NCBI GenBank assembly: GCA_030017995.1 | Contig: JASEGS010000002.1 | Coordinates: 21,463-85,462 of the forward strand | Source of the DNA: Thermodesulfovibrionales bacterium | Lineage (GTDB): Bacteria > Nitrospirota > Thermodesulfovibrionia > Thermodesulfovibrionales > Dissulfurispiraceae | Length of the DNA: 64,000 nucleotides | Direction: 5' to 3' | Shown: positions 1 through 9,360 of the stretch, one piece after another | Layout: every line of letters starts with the position of its first letter | How positions within the stretch are numbered: the first letter of the stretch is position 1 | Program-made: the position numbers and the translations under genes | The notes under the pieces: model-generated | The model's input: only the letters and a program-made list of their open reading frames with translations | What the model was told of the DNA's origin: nothing | Databases searched by the model: none

Positions 1-322
1 TCTTGAGCAAAGGCCTTAAAAGCCTCTGCTTTTTTAGTTCTTTTACAGCCTTTTCTCCAAAGGCTGTAAGCCATAATTCCTCCGGCGGTTCTGCGCCATG
101 ACTGCCTATTGCAGCATACTCCTGATAAGTTATTTTCTTTGTAAAGGCATTTCCGACCTCTGCTGTTAGTAATGCTAAATCCCTAAGCCTCTCCCGCCTG
201 CAGCAATCATTCCCTGCCTGCTCTTCTGTTTCAGATATTCTGTCTGTAAACACAAGAACCTTCTCATTTTTCCTAACTCCCAAGTTAATCTTATAAATGG
301 AGTGGATTGTTTTTGTTATCAT
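1..322 (-). CDS. hypothetical protein, partial (C-terminus lies beyond window start)
   Basis: Stop-free minus-strand frame from ATG at 322..320 to the window edge. Begins MITKTIHSIYKINLGVRKNEKVLVFTD. Absent from the ORF track because it has no stop inside the window. No family recognised. Confidence 0.4.
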   Translation of the reverse strand, partial: MITKTIHSIYKINLGVRKNEKVLVFTDRISETEEQAGNDCCRRERLRDLALLTAEVGNAFTKKITYQEYAAIGSHGAEPPEELWLTAFGEKAVKELKKQRLLRPLLK

Positions 323-323
323 T

Positions 324-1757
324 TCAGGCGAAGATAAATTCCATTTGTTCCGCCTTCTTTCTCGGGAACATTATAGGATAATTGTTGTCAAAACATGCTG
401 TGCAATAATCCTCAGGAGTGCGGATGATCTTTTTCAACCCCTCGATGCTCGAATATGACAGGCTGTCCGCTGTTATATATTTTCTTATCTCTTCCACCAT
501 GTGGCTTGATGCGATGAGTTCCTGTCTTGTGGGCGTGTCTATTCCATAAAAGCAGGGACCAACTGTTGGAGGAGAGCATATCCTCATATGAACCTCTTTT
601 GCGCCTCCTACTTCCCTTATCATCTTTATTATCTTTTTGCTTGTTGTCCCCCTGACAATGGAATCATCCACGACTATAACTCTTTTGCCCTTGAGAATGT
701 CTCTTACAGGGTTGAGCTTTATCTTCACACCAAAGTGTCTTATGTTCTGTTTTGGCTCGATGAATGTCCTGCCAACATAGTGATTTCTTATAAGACCGAA
801 ATCAAAAGGTATGCCGCTTTCCTCTGAAAAGCCGATGGCTACGGGCACTCCTGAGTCAGGAACTGGTATAACGATGTCAGCATCCACACGAGATTCTATG
901 GCAAGCTGTTTGCCAAGCTCCTTCCTCATGGTATTTACACAGGTATTGTTAAATATATAACTATCCGGACGGGCAAAATATATAAATTCAAATACGCAGA
1001 ATGCCTTTCGATTGCCTTGCAAGACATTTATGGAATGCAGCCCTTTATGGTTGATGACCACCATTTCACCAGGCTCGATATCTCTGATGTATTCTGCGCC
1101 GATAAGGTCAAAGGCACAGGTCTCTGAAGCAACTACATAAGCATTGTCAACCCTTCCCAAAGAGAGAGGCCTCACTCCAAATGGGTCTCTGACTGCAATC
1201 AACTCTGATTCCCGCAAGAATAAAAGGCTGAAAGCGCCTCTTATATGTCTAAGCGCCTCTGCTATGCGTTCATATGGGTCGCTGTCCTTTGCTCTCGCTA
1301 TAAGATGCAGAATGACCTCACTGTCAGAGGTTGATTGAAATATTGCGCCTTCTGCCTCTAATCTCTGTTTAAGCTGTTCTGCATTGACGAGGTTTCCGTT
1401 GTGTGCTACTGCAATAGAGCCAAGGGCATAGTTAGCTACCAGAGGCTGGACATTTTTGATGCCCCCGCCCCCTGCTGTGGAATAGCGGTTATGTCCGATG
1501 GCAAGATGTCCTGTAAGCCGCTTTATCTTTTTTTCTGTAAATATATCCGCTACAAGTCCTGTGGATTTTTCCAAATAAAGGAGTTTGCCATCAGACGAGC
1601 ATATGCCCGCTCCTTCTTGCCCGCGGTGCTGAAGAGCATATAATCCGAGATAAGTGAGGTTGGCTGCCTCTGGATGGCCGTAAACGCCGAATACGCCGCA
1701 TTCTTCATGGATGTCATGAAAATGGGGTTTAGCATGGCGACAATATTTATGTTTCAT
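324..1757 (-). CDS. purF: amidophosphoribosyltransferase
   Basis: 477 aa. Ntn-amidotransferase N-terminus with propeptide then CGVFGVYG. PRTase motif [14 protein letters not shown]-terminal Cys residues typical of the 4Fe-4S type. Confidence 0.95.
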   Translation of the reverse strand: MKHKYCRHAKPHFHDIHEECGVFGVYGHPEAANLTYLGLYALQHRGQEGAGICSSDGKLLYLEKSTGLVADIFTEKKIKRLTGHLAIGHNRYSTAGGGGIKNVQPLVANYALGSIAVAHNGNLVNAEQLKQRLEAEGAIFQSTSDSEVILHLIARAKDSDPYERIAEALRHIRGAFSLLFLRESELIAVRDPFGVRPLSLGRVDNAYVVASETCAFDLIGAEYIRDIEPGEMVVINHKGLHSINVLQGNRKAFCVFEFIYFARPDSYIFNNTCVNTMRKELGKQLAIESRVDADIVIPVPDSGVPVAIGFSEESGIPFDFGLIRNHYVGRTFIEPKQNIRHFGVKIKLNPVRDILKGKRVIVVDDSIVRGTTSKKIIKMIREVGGAKEVHMRICSPPTVGPCFYGIDTPTRQELIASSHMVEEIRKYITADSLSYSSIEGLKKIIRTPEDYCTACFDNNYPIMFPRKKAEQMEFIFA

Positions 1758-1807
1758 TTTATTGGGATCGCTTTGAACTTCCGTATGAATTATTTTAACA
1801 TAAAAAT

Positions 1808-3829
1808 GTGAGCGATTTTAAATTAAAAACAGGCTTTGTTCCAAAAGGAGACCAGCCCAAGGCCATCGAAGAGCTTACAAAAGGGATAACAAAAGGACTC
1901 AGGGATCAGGTTTTATTGGGAGTTACGGGCTCAGGCAAGACTTTTACCATAGCCAACGTAATCGCGAATGTGAATAAGCCTGCGCTCGTGATCGCGCATA
2001 ACAAGGCTCTCGCAGCCCAGCTTTACGGCGAATTCAAAGAATTGTTCCCTTGCAATGCAGTGGAGTTCTTTGTCAGTTATTACGATTATTACCAGCCTGA
2101 GGCGTATATTCCGACTACAGATACTTACATTGAAAAGGATGCTCTTATTAATGACGATATTGACAGGCTAAGGCACTCTGCCACAATGTCTATTCTTGAG
2201 AGAACTGATGTAATTGTTGTTGCATCTGTCTCGTGTATATACGGAATAGGCTCCCCTGAAGATTATCTGGGTATGCATCTCTTCATAGAAGAAGGGATGA
2301 GAAAAAAGAGAGGTGATTTGTTAAGAAGGCTTGTGGAAATGCTCTATGTCCGCTCTGATGCGGAATTCAAGAGGGGAAGTTTCAGGGTAAGGGGAGATGT
2401 AATAGAGATATACCCTGCATTTTCTCAGGACAGGGCTATAAGAATAGAGATGTTCGGAGATGACATTGACGCCCTGCATGAATTCGATCCCCTGACAGGC
2501 GGGAAGATACGGAGATTGCAGAGGCTTGCCGTTTATCCTAACAGCCACTGGATAACTCCCAAGCCAAAACTCGAAAAGGCATTTAAAGGAATAGAAAAAG
2601 AGCTTGAAGAAAGAATGCGATATTTCAGAAACGCTGGAGAAATACTCTATGCGCAAAGGATCGAGCAGCGGACAAGATTTGATATGGAAATGCTGAAGGA
2701 ATTCGGCTACTGTCACGGAATAGAGAATTATTCGAGGCATCTCAGCGGAAGGCTGCCCGGCGAGCCCCCATACACGCTGATAGATTATCTCATAAGCGGG
2801 CCTTCAAATGGAGACTATCTTTTAGTGATTGACGAGTCCCACGCGACAGTGCCGCAGATAGGGGCAATGTATGAGGGAGACAGGTCGAGAAAGCAAACCC
2901 TTGTGGATTACGGATTTAGGCTGCCCTCTGCTCTGGATAACAGGCCGTTGCGATTTGAGGAGTTTGAAAAGCGTATTAATCAGGTCATCTATGTATCCGC
3001 GACTCCGGCTCAATATGAGATAGAAACATCAGGCGGAAGGGTTGTGGAGCAGGTGATAAGACCCACAGGGTTGATGGATCCCAAGATGACCATAAGACCT
3101 GTAAAAGGACAAGTTGACGATCTGCTCGGCGAGATAAGGGGCAGGGCTGAAAAAAAAGAAAGAGTGCTCGTAACTACTCTGACAAAGAAAATGGCAGAGG
3201 ATCTGACCGACTATTACACAGAGCTCGGAGTGAGGGCAAGGTATCTTCATTCCGACATAGATACGCTTGAAAGAGTAGAAATCCTCAGAGATTTGAGGAT
3301 GGGACAATTCGATGTGCTGATAGGGGTCAATCTTTTAAGGGAAGGACTTGACCTTCCTGAGGTATCCCTCGTTGCCATTTTAGACGCTGACAAAGAGGGT
3401 TTTCTCCGCTCCGAGCGCTCATTGATACAGACCGCAGGCCGGGCAGCGAGGAATATAAATGGAGAGGTTATTCTCTACGCCGATGCAGTGACGCGCTCAA
3501 TGAAAAAGGCTATGGATGAGACAGAGAGGAGAAGGAGACTTCAGGAAACTTATAATATGAAAAACAGCATAACCCCTGAAACTGTTAAGAGTCAGATAAA
3601 AGACATTTTGGGTTCCATATACGAGTCCGATTATTTAACAGTTCCGGCAGTTGCCGAAGAAATAAGCGCATACGAGCTTAGAGACGATACAATTAAACGG
3701 CTTGAAGCAGAAATGAAAGAGGCTGCAAAAAACCTTGATTTTGAAAGGGCGGCAAAGATAAGGGATAAGATAAAGAAGATTAAAGAAAAGATGCTAAAGA
3801 TAGGAATATGTCTTAACGAAACCGCCTGA
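1808..3829 (+). CDS. uvrB: excinuclease ABC subunit B
   Basis: 673 aa. Walker A GVTGSGKT, helicase motifs, C-terminal UVR domain ([11 protein letters not shown]). GTG start. Confidence 0.97.
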   Translation: MSDFKLKTGFVPKGDQPKAIEELTKGITKGLRDQVLLGVTGSGKTFTIANVIANVNKPALVIAHNKALAAQLYGEFKELFPCNAVEFFVSYYDYYQPEAYIPTTDTYIEKDALINDDIDRLRHSATMSILERTDVIVVASVSCIYGIGSPEDYLGMHLFIEEGMRKKRGDLLRRLVEMLYVRSDAEFKRGSFRVRGDVIEIYPAFSQDRAIRIEMFGDDIDALHEFDPLTGGKIRRLQRLAVYPNSHWITPKPKLEKAFKGIEKELEERMRYFRNAGEILYAQRIEQRTRFDMEMLKEFGYCHGIENYSRHLSGRLPGEPPYTLIDYLISGPSNGDYLLVIDESHATVPQIGAMYEGDRSRKQTLVDYGFRLPSALDNRPLRFEEFEKRINQVIYVSATPAQYEIETSGGRVVEQVIRPTGLMDPKMTIRPVKGQVDDLLGEIRGRAEKKERVLVTTLTKKMAEDLTDYYTELGVRARYLHSDIDTLERVEILRDLRMGQFDVLIGVNLLREGLDLPEVSLVAILDADKEGFLRSERSLIQTAGRAARNINGEVILYADAVTRSMKKAMDETERRRRLQETYNMKNSITPETVKSQIKDILGSIYESDYLTVPAVAEEISAYELRDDTIKRLEAEMKEAAKNLDFERAAKIRDKIKKIKEKMLKIGICLNETA

Positions 3830-4361
3830 TTTGGGTTTCGATTAAGGAAATCGCCTCCTTCAGCGATACCTTGTCAGTATCTATTGTAACCTCTGGATTT
3901 ATTGGCTCTTCATATGGGGCATGTATGCCGGGCACAGGCCATCCGGCCTTTCCTTTTTTGTAAATACCTTTTGGAGCGGCATGGGTTTCCTTGCGGGATG
4001 CCTCCCTTTCTGCGCAGATAGCAACAGGGCATTTTAGGTAGACTTCAAGAAAATTCGGTATAATCTCCCTCGCAAGTTCTCTCCATCGTCTCATATTCCC
4101 TGTGGCATCAATAATCACATCATGTCCGAGACTTGAGAGCGTCTTTGCTGTATACACGATTGCCCTATAGACCATCTCCCTTTCTGATTCTGAGTATGTG
4201 GGCTCTGGTGTGACAACCTTCCTAAGTTCATCCATTCTCAGGATGATAAAGTCAGGCAGGCGACTTTTAATCCCATCTGCCACAGTGCTTTTGCCGCTGC
4301 CGGGTAGACCTGTTATCCAGAGCACAATGCCATTCATAACAAAACGTCTATTTCCCCTCAA
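3813..4361 (-). CDS. P-loop kinase, adenylylsulfate kinase-like
   Basis: 182 aa. Walker [10 protein letters not shown] near the N-terminus. Size and layout match the APS-kinase family. Start may be the internal MNGIVLW. The 3' end overlaps uvrB convergently by 17 nt. Confidence 0.6.
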   Translation of the reverse strand: MRGNRRFVMNGIVLWITGLPGSGKSTVADGIKSRLPDFIILRMDELRKVVTPEPTYSESEREMVYRAIVYTAKTLSSLGHDVIIDATGNMRRWRELAREIIPNFLEVYLKCPVAICAEREASRKETHAAPKGIYKKGKAGWPVPGIHAPYEEPINPEVTIDTDKVSLKEAISLIETQIRRFR

Positions 4362-4647
4362 TCATCAGATTGCTCGTTACTGATCTTACTCCCCTCACTT
4401 GTTTTGAAAGGTCTATAAGCCTTTGCTCTGCCTTCTTGTTCGGCACAACGCCTGTTAAAGTTACATACCCCCTGAAGGTATCAACATTGATTTTGAGATA
4501 CTTCAAGTCAGGATCTTTTATTATCAATAGATTAATCTCACTTGTTATTGAAGAATCATCAATTGTCTCGCCGGCTGTCCTTCCGGTTACAGACGCACAG
4601 CCTGAAACAAATACCACTAAAATAACAAAGAACACTGCCCTCTTCAT
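4348..4647 (-). CDS. BON domain lipoprotein
   Basis: 99 aa. Signal peptide with lipobox VSGC. BON-like pattern VDTFRGYVTLTGVVPN...VRGVRSV. Confidence 0.7.
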   Translation of the reverse strand: MKRAVFFVILVVFVSGCASVTGRTAGETIDDSSITSEINLLIIKDPDLKYLKINVDTFRGYVTLTGVVPNKKAEQRLIDLSKQVRGVRSVTSNLMIEGK

Positions 4648-4735
4648 TTTCTACCTCCTTGAGTGGTTGGTTTATAACCAGATTATACCAGATTATATTA
4701 TGTTGTATATAAGTTTTCCATAATCCGTAATCAAG

Positions 4736-4895
4736 CAAAGCAGGCACGGCTTCAAAGTCTTTATCAATGCGATAAGATTATTAAATGCCTGTTTATGCTG
4801 CTGAATGCAAAGGGTGATATTGAAATTGCCTCTAATGGCGGAGGGATCGGCGCTAAGGTATCGCTGATAAAGCCTTTTCACCCATGCCTGCTTTG
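4736..4895 (+). repeat. structured repeat element, family X, copy 1 (degenerate outer stem)
   Basis: Core 4767..4864 aligns with the cores at 9395..9527 and 47613..47711. The 31-nt flanking arms pair at 26 of 31 positions. Confidence 0.8.
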
Positions 4896-4992
4896 TTTCT
4901 GTAAATGTTTGGCTACGGATTATGGGCAATAACCGCTTTGCATATTTACTATTTTGTTGTGCTGTCTATTCACACATGTCGCAGAATAAACA

Positions 4993-5127
4993 CATCAACA
5001 GAGCAGAAGAGCAGAAGAGCAATAGTTTTCAAGTCCCAATGGCATAAAATAAATAATATCTTATTTTTCAGGTTGTTATCTGTTAACTTCCGCTCTACTG
5101 ATCTTCTGCTCTATTGCTCTGTTGATG
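4993..5127. repeat. octad-phased palindromic element (GAGCAGAA family)
   Basis: Left arm CATCAACA GAGCAGAA GAGCAGAA GAGCAATA (4993..5025). Right arm TTCCGCTC TACTGATC TTCTGCTC TATTGCTC TGTTGATG (5088..5127) is the complement form of the same 8-mers. Spacer about 60 nt. Confidence 0.85.
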
Positions 5128-5191
5128 TCTGGCACATTTGTTGCTTTCTCACATAAAGTAAAATTGTGTTCTTTGAAAGGTGATTTTTTTC

Positions 5192-5221
5192 TTGACAAAT
5201 AGAGATGTATCATGTTATAAA
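5192..5221 (+). promoter_or_regulatory. sigma70-type promoter candidate for the porin gene
   Basis: TTGACA (5192..5197), 18-nt spacer, TATAAA (5216..5221). Implies a leader of roughly 230 nt before the ATG at 5455. Confidence 0.5.
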
Positions 5222-5343
5222 TTCTGCCAATACGTGAAAAGGGGGTGATGCTGGGGAATAAGTCAAGAGTCAGGAATCAAAAGTCAGAAGTGTGAGAGGG
5301 AATCCGCCTTTGGCGGAAAAAAAATACTGAACCAAACCAAAAG

Positions 5344-5423
5344 GCAGTGCAGAAGAGCAAAAGCGCAGAAGTTTTAAAAAACAAGTTTTACTACTGATCT
5401 TCTGCTCTACAAGCTTCTGCTCT
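5344..5423. repeat. octad-phased palindromic element (GAGCAGAA family) in the porin leader
   Basis: Left arm GCAGTGCAGAAGAGCAAAAGCGCAGAAG. Right arm CTACTGATCTTCTGCTCTACAAGCTTCTGCTCT is its approximate complement. Confidence 0.8.
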
Positions 5424-5454
5424 AAATAATGGTTTGGGAAGTGAAGGAGACAAA

Positions 5455-6681
5455 ATGAAAAGATTTTTAGCAGTAGTTTTAGGCGCAATGCTTGTATTAG
5501 GCTTTGCAGTCAGTGCATTTGCTCAGGATGGTTTAAAGCTGAGCGGCTCACTAACAATGAGGGGCTGGTATTTAGATACCCTGGACAACAATTCTAATGA
5601 TGGAAATGGTGATGATGCTTACTATGACACACAGTTAAGGCTGATGTTTGATGCAACAGTCGGCAAGGCAAAGGCAGTGATTGAGCTGCAGAATGGTGCA
5701 GGCGGTTCATCAAAATGGGGCAGAAACACAGATTTCCAGGCTGCTGAAAATATGAACCTCAGCGTTAAACAGGCATATATCGCATTTCCTGTAGCAGGAC
5801 TCAACATCAGCGCTGGTCATCAGCTTTTGTCACTGGGTGTAAAGTCCTTCTTTGATGCATCAAAGGACGGCGCAAAGGCGATTCTTGTTACATATCCTTT
5901 TGATAAGAAGAATATAGTGGGCGTAGGCACAATAAAGGCACTTGATACTGATGTTCTTGCATCAACTGCAATTGCTGAAGACAAAGATATTTATTTTGGT
6001 CTTGCAAGCTTTGATCTCAACGGACATACACTCGGACTGAATGCAGCGGCTGTGATAGATAATGCGGTTGCTAAAAGCCACCTCTACAACTGGGCACTTA
6101 CACTTAACGGTAAGCTTGGCGCTGGTTTAGGTTACACACTCGCAGCAGATATCCAGACCGGCAAACAAGATGGAGCAAATGATAACAAAGGCTACCATGT
6201 AAGAGGCGCATTGAGCTATCAGGCAACACCTGAGCTTAACCTCAGCGCAGCGAGCATTTACTTCAGCGGTGAGGAGAGCGGCGCTGATGTAAAGAAATTT
6301 GTAACATTCCTTGAAGACACAAACTATGCAACATGGGTATTCGGTTACATGAACAGGGGCTTTGGTGCTACAATCGGAACAGGAACTCCTGCACCTGGCG
6401 GCTTCTGGTTTAACAGGCTTGCAGCAGACTATAAGGCGACAAAAGACCTTTCAGTTGGCCTTGCTTATATCAACATAAGAGGAACATATGATAGTTCAGT
6501 TAACGCAAGCAAGGAAGTAGGCAATGAAATTGACTTTACAATTGCTTACAATATATCAAAAGGTCTTACCTACAATGTTATAGGCGGTTTCCTGATGCCT
6601 GGTAAGGCATATGAAAATGCCAATCCTCTCAGGGATGATACAGCTATTGGTATCAGGCACGCACTTACACTCAGCTTCTAA
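5455..6681 (+). CDS. outer-membrane porin-like beta-barrel protein
   Basis: ATG at 5455 preceded by AAGGAG (5444..5449). Signal peptide MKRFLAVVLGAMLVLGFAVSAFA. Gly/Ala/Thr-rich alternating strands. C-terminal ...ALTLSF with terminal Phe. Confidence 0.7.
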   Translation: MKRFLAVVLGAMLVLGFAVSAFAQDGLKLSGSLTMRGWYLDTLDNNSNDGNGDDAYYDTQLRLMFDATVGKAKAVIELQNGAGGSSKWGRNTDFQAAENMNLSVKQAYIAFPVAGLNISAGHQLLSLGVKSFFDASKDGAKAILVTYPFDKKNIVGVGTIKALDTDVLASTAIAEDKDIYFGLASFDLNGHTLGLNAAAVIDNAVAKSHLYNWALTLNGKLGAGLGYTLAADIQTGKQDGANDNKGYHVRGALSYQATPELNLSAASIYFSGEESGADVKKFVTFLEDTNYATWVFGYMNRGFGATIGTGTPAPGGFWFNRLAADYKATKDLSVGLAYINIRGTYDSSVNASKEVGNEIDFTIAYNISKGLTYNVIGGFLMPGKAYENANPLRDDTAIGIRHALTLSF

Positions 6682-6684
6682 TTA

Positions 6685-6737
6685 GCTCGGAAGAGCAGAA
6701 GAGCGGAAGCTCAGAAGTTGAGAGGATAAGAAGTTCA
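6685..6737. repeat. half element of the GAGCAGAA octad family
   Basis: GCTCGGAA GAGCAGAA GAGCGGAA GCTCAGAA directly after the porin stop codon. No complementary arm follows. Confidence 0.7.
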
Positions 6738-6768
6738 GGCGGCGGGCATTAGCCCGCCGCCTTTTTTT
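6738..6768 (+). terminator. rho-independent terminator of the porin gene
   Basis: GGCGGCGGGC ATTA GCCCGCCGCC followed by a run of 7 T. Confidence 0.88.
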
Positions 6769-6819
6769 GTTTAATGTTTGGGGGAATTGATGTACAATAT
6801 CAAATAAATTTTTTGGAGA

Positions 6820-8463
6820 TTGAATTTGAGCGCTAAAGGCAAAATAGCAAAGGCTGCTGGAGCAATGTCAGCGGCGACCTTTATTAGCCGCATACTCGGC
6901 TATGTAAAGGACATGATACTGGCAAAGTTCTTTGGCGCCACAGGCGCAGCAGATGTTTTTTTTGTCGCCTTCAGGATCCCAAATCTATTGAGGGAGCTTT
7001 TTGCAGAAGGCTCCATGTCATCGGCATTTGTCCCTGTTTTGACAGAGTATCAGACAAAAGAGGGAAGGGATGAGGCGAACAGACTTGTAAGAGCAGCATT
7101 TATATTCATTGTCATCTTTGTCGGCATTGTATGTATTCTGGGGATCATGTTTGCCCCTGCGATTGTATCAGCAATTGCACCCGGATTTTTGAGCGATTCT
7201 GAAAAGTTTTCAGATACAGTGCTTCTTACGAGGATAATGTTTCCTTTTCTTTTGTTTATAAGCCTTGCATCTTTATTTATGGGCGCTCTTAACACAAGGG
7301 GCGTGTTTTTTATCCCAGCTTTAGCGCCTGCGCTTTTGAATGTTGTAACTATCGTTTCTGTCCTGACCCTTTCCATGCATTTTGTAAATCCAATTATATC
7401 AGTGGCAATTGGCGTAACAGCCGGAGGGCTTGTCCAGTTTCTTTTTCAACTGCCGTCATTTTTCAAACAAGGATACACTTTCAGAAGTCAGAAGCCAGAA
7501 GCCAGAAGCCAGAAGCCGAAAATCTCTGATTTAAACTCATCACTCATCACTCATCACTCATCACTGTCTTTCTGGCATCCGGGACTAAAGAGAATAGGCA
7601 TCCTCATTTTGCCTGCTACTGCCGGTATGGCAGTAGCTCAGATAAATATATTCATAAGCACTATCCTTGCATCATATCTTGCAGAGGGGAGTATTACATA
7701 TCTTTATTATTCGATGAGGCTGATACAATTCCCAATTGGCATATTCGGTGTTGCTATGGGAATGGCTGTGCTTCCAGCATTATCTGAGCATTCTGTGAAG
7801 GGAGAGACTGATAAACTTAAAGAGGATTTCTCTTTTGCCCTTCGCCTCCTGTTTTTTATAACTGTTCCTGCGATGATAGGACTTATCGCTTTGAAGGCTC
7901 CAATTGTAAGCACGCTTTTTCAGCGAGGCAAGTTTGGATATGATGCGACCATAGGCACATCAGATGCGCTTATGTTTTATTCATTTGGCATATGGGCAAT
8001 AGTGGGCGTTAGGGTTATCACCTCAACCTTTTATTCGATGCAGGATACAAAGACGCCTGTAAAAATAGCTGCCTTTGCAGTGCTTATAAATATTGTGATG
8101 AGCATCATGCTCATGGGTCCTATGAAGCACAACGGGCTTGCCTTTGCGAATGCCATTGCGTCGAGTTGTAATTTTGTATTGTTATTTTATTTTTTAAGAA
8201 AGAGGCTCGGGGGCATAGGCACAAAGAGAATAGCGCTCTGTTTTTCAAAGACATTGATAGCATCTTCAGTTATGGGGATTGCAGGGTGGCTTATTGTCAG
8301 GAGCGAGGTGTGGACATTAAGCGGTCATAGTCTCAAGAAGGCTGCATATCTCGGTTCAGCAATAATAATTAGCAGCGTAATATACCTGTTGCTGTCTTAT
8401 TTACTAAAGAGTGAAGAGATGAGGTATATTACAGATAAGATAAGGCAAAAACTTGGAATATAA
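6820..8463 (+). CDS. murJ: lipid II flippase MurJ (MviN family), with an in-frame repeat insertion
   Basis: 547 aa. N-terminal SRILGYVKDMILAKFFGA...FFVAFRIPNLLRELFAEGSMSSAFVP signature and many TM segments. TTG start. Confidence 0.9.
   Translation: MNLSAKGKIAKAAGAMSAATFISRILGYVKDMILAKFFGATGAADVFFVAFRIPNLLRELFAEGSMSSAFVPVLTEYQTKEGRDEANRLVRAAFIFIVIFVGIVCILGIMFAPAIVSAIAPGFLSDSEKFSDTVLLTRIMFPFLLFISLASLFMGALNTRGVFFIPALAPALLNVVTIVSVLTLSMHFVNPIISVAIGVTAGGLVQFLFQLPSFFKQGYTFRSQKPEARSQKPKISDLNSSLITHHSSLSFWHPGLKRIGILILPATAGMAVAQINIFISTILASYLAEGSITYLYYSMRLIQFPIGIFGVAMGMAVLPALSEHSVKGETDKLKEDFSFALRLLFFITVPAMIGLIALKAPIVSTLFQRGKFGYDATIGTSDALMFYSFGIWAIVGVRVITSTFYSMQDTKTPVKIAAFAVLINIVMSIMLMGPMKHNGLAFANAIASSCNFVLLFYFLRKRLGGIGTKRIALCFSKTLIASSVMGIAGWLIVRSEVWTLSGHSLKKAAYLGSAIIISSVIYLLLSYLLKSEEMRYITDKIRQKLGI
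7482..7565 (+). repeat. heptad-phased tandem repeat block inside murJ (84 nt, 12 heptads, 28 codons)
   Basis: CAGAAGT, then CAGAAGC x4, three degenerate heptads, then CATCACT x4. Translates to SQKPEARSQKPKISDLNSSLITHHSSLS. Confidence 0.9.
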
Positions 8464-8479
8464 ATGAATAGTAACCAAT

Positions 8480-8642
8480 CAGCAGAGTTAGCCTGACTTT
8501 CGCAAAATTAATTAGTCCTTTGCGCTTGAATGAATGATAAAACAGAATATAATGGTTTTCTCAGTGCTGAGGTAAAGGGCAGTCGTTACTTTGCCCCGTG
8601 GAGAACCCAGAAATTTTGCTTCAAATCAGACCAACTCTGCTG
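8480..8642 (-). ncRNA. candidate structured RNA or hairpin element (unclassified)
   Basis: A 30-nt arm (8480..8509, CAGCAGAGTTAGCCTGACTTTCGCAAAATT) pairs imperfectly with 8612..8642. Internal hairpins CTCAGTGCTGAG and GGGCA..TGCCC. The three transition mismatches in the long stem read as G-U pairs only on the minus strand. Confidence 0.3.
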
Positions 8643-8716
8643 CTGTGTAAAATCGGGGGATGGTTATAAGGTATGAACTTGCCTGTTATATGTCCTATGT
8701 ATAGAAAGGGAAAATT

Positions 8717-9346
8717 ATGCTGATTAAAAACATAGTCGTAGGCCCATTAGAGGTTAACTGTTTTATCATTGCTGATGAAATATCTAAAAAGGCTGTAGTG
8801 ATAGATCCAGGAGATGAACCTGACAGAATCATGGATATTATCAGAGATAAAGGATTAGGGGTGGAGCATATTATCTGCACTCACGGACACTTTGACCATG
8901 TGGGAGCTGTGAGCGATTTGAAAAAAGAGACAGGGGCAAAGTTCTTAATGCATAGGGATGAGCTTGAGATATACCGTGCTGCAAAGGATATGGCGGCATT
9001 CTGGGGATTTGAAATGGATGATATTATAGAGCCTGATGATTTTGTTAAAGAAGGAGATGTGATTGAAGTTGGCAGTTTAAGCTTTGAAGTCTTCCACACG
9101 CCAGGACACAGTCCCGGAGGGATATGTCTCTATGGCGAGGATATTGTCATCACAGGCGACACCCTTTTTGCAGGCTCTGTTGGAAGGACAGATTTTTACG
9201 GCGGTGATATGAACAAACTTAAAGAGTCATTTAAGAGGCTCATGTCATTATCTGAAAAGACAAGGGTTTTGTCCGGACATGGTCCTGAAACGACAATTGG
9301 TTATGAGAAAAAGGAGAACATGTTCTCAGAAGAATTCATGATGTGA
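8717..9346 (+). CDS. MBL-fold metallo-hydrolase (glyoxalase II-like)
   Basis: 209 aa. THGHFDH metal motif and HTPGHSPG. Confidence 0.85.
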   Translation: MLIKNIVVGPLEVNCFIIADEISKKAVVIDPGDEPDRIMDIIRDKGLGVEHIICTHGHFDHVGAVSDLKKETGAKFLMHRDELEIYRAAKDMAAFWGFEMDDIIEPDDFVKEGDVIEVGSLSFEVFHTPGHSPGGICLYGEDIVITGDTLFAGSVGRTDFYGGDMNKLKESFKRLMSLSEKTRVLSGHGPETTIGYEKKENMFSEEFMM

Positions 9347-9360
9347 CTATAATCCCAATC

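Noticed and set aside
4693-4929. 78-aa minus-strand ORF covering family X copy 1
   Set aside because: The other two copies of the element have no equivalent ORF, so the open frame is incidental.
4905-5156. 83-aa + strand ORF upstream of the porin gene
   Set aside because: It is made largely of the octad palindrome arms. It has no RBS and no protein-like features.
5315-5335. Hairpin CCGCCTTTGGCGG followed by A8 as a terminator
   Set aside because: On the + strand it is followed by A rather than U. On the minus strand the U run precedes the stem. Neither orientation gives a canonical intrinsic terminator.
7482-7565. Reading the heptad and octad arrays here and at 43902, 44178 and 55312 as CRISPR arrays
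   Set aside because: Units are only 7-8 nt and directly tandem. There are no 25-40-nt repeats separated by unique spacers, and no cas genes in the window.
8480-8642. 6S RNA
   Set aside because: Size and the long closing stem fit. However, the interior forms several short independent hairpins instead of a central bubble flanked by a terminal stem, and I cannot check conserved 6S positions by eye. It is kept only as an unclassified candidate.
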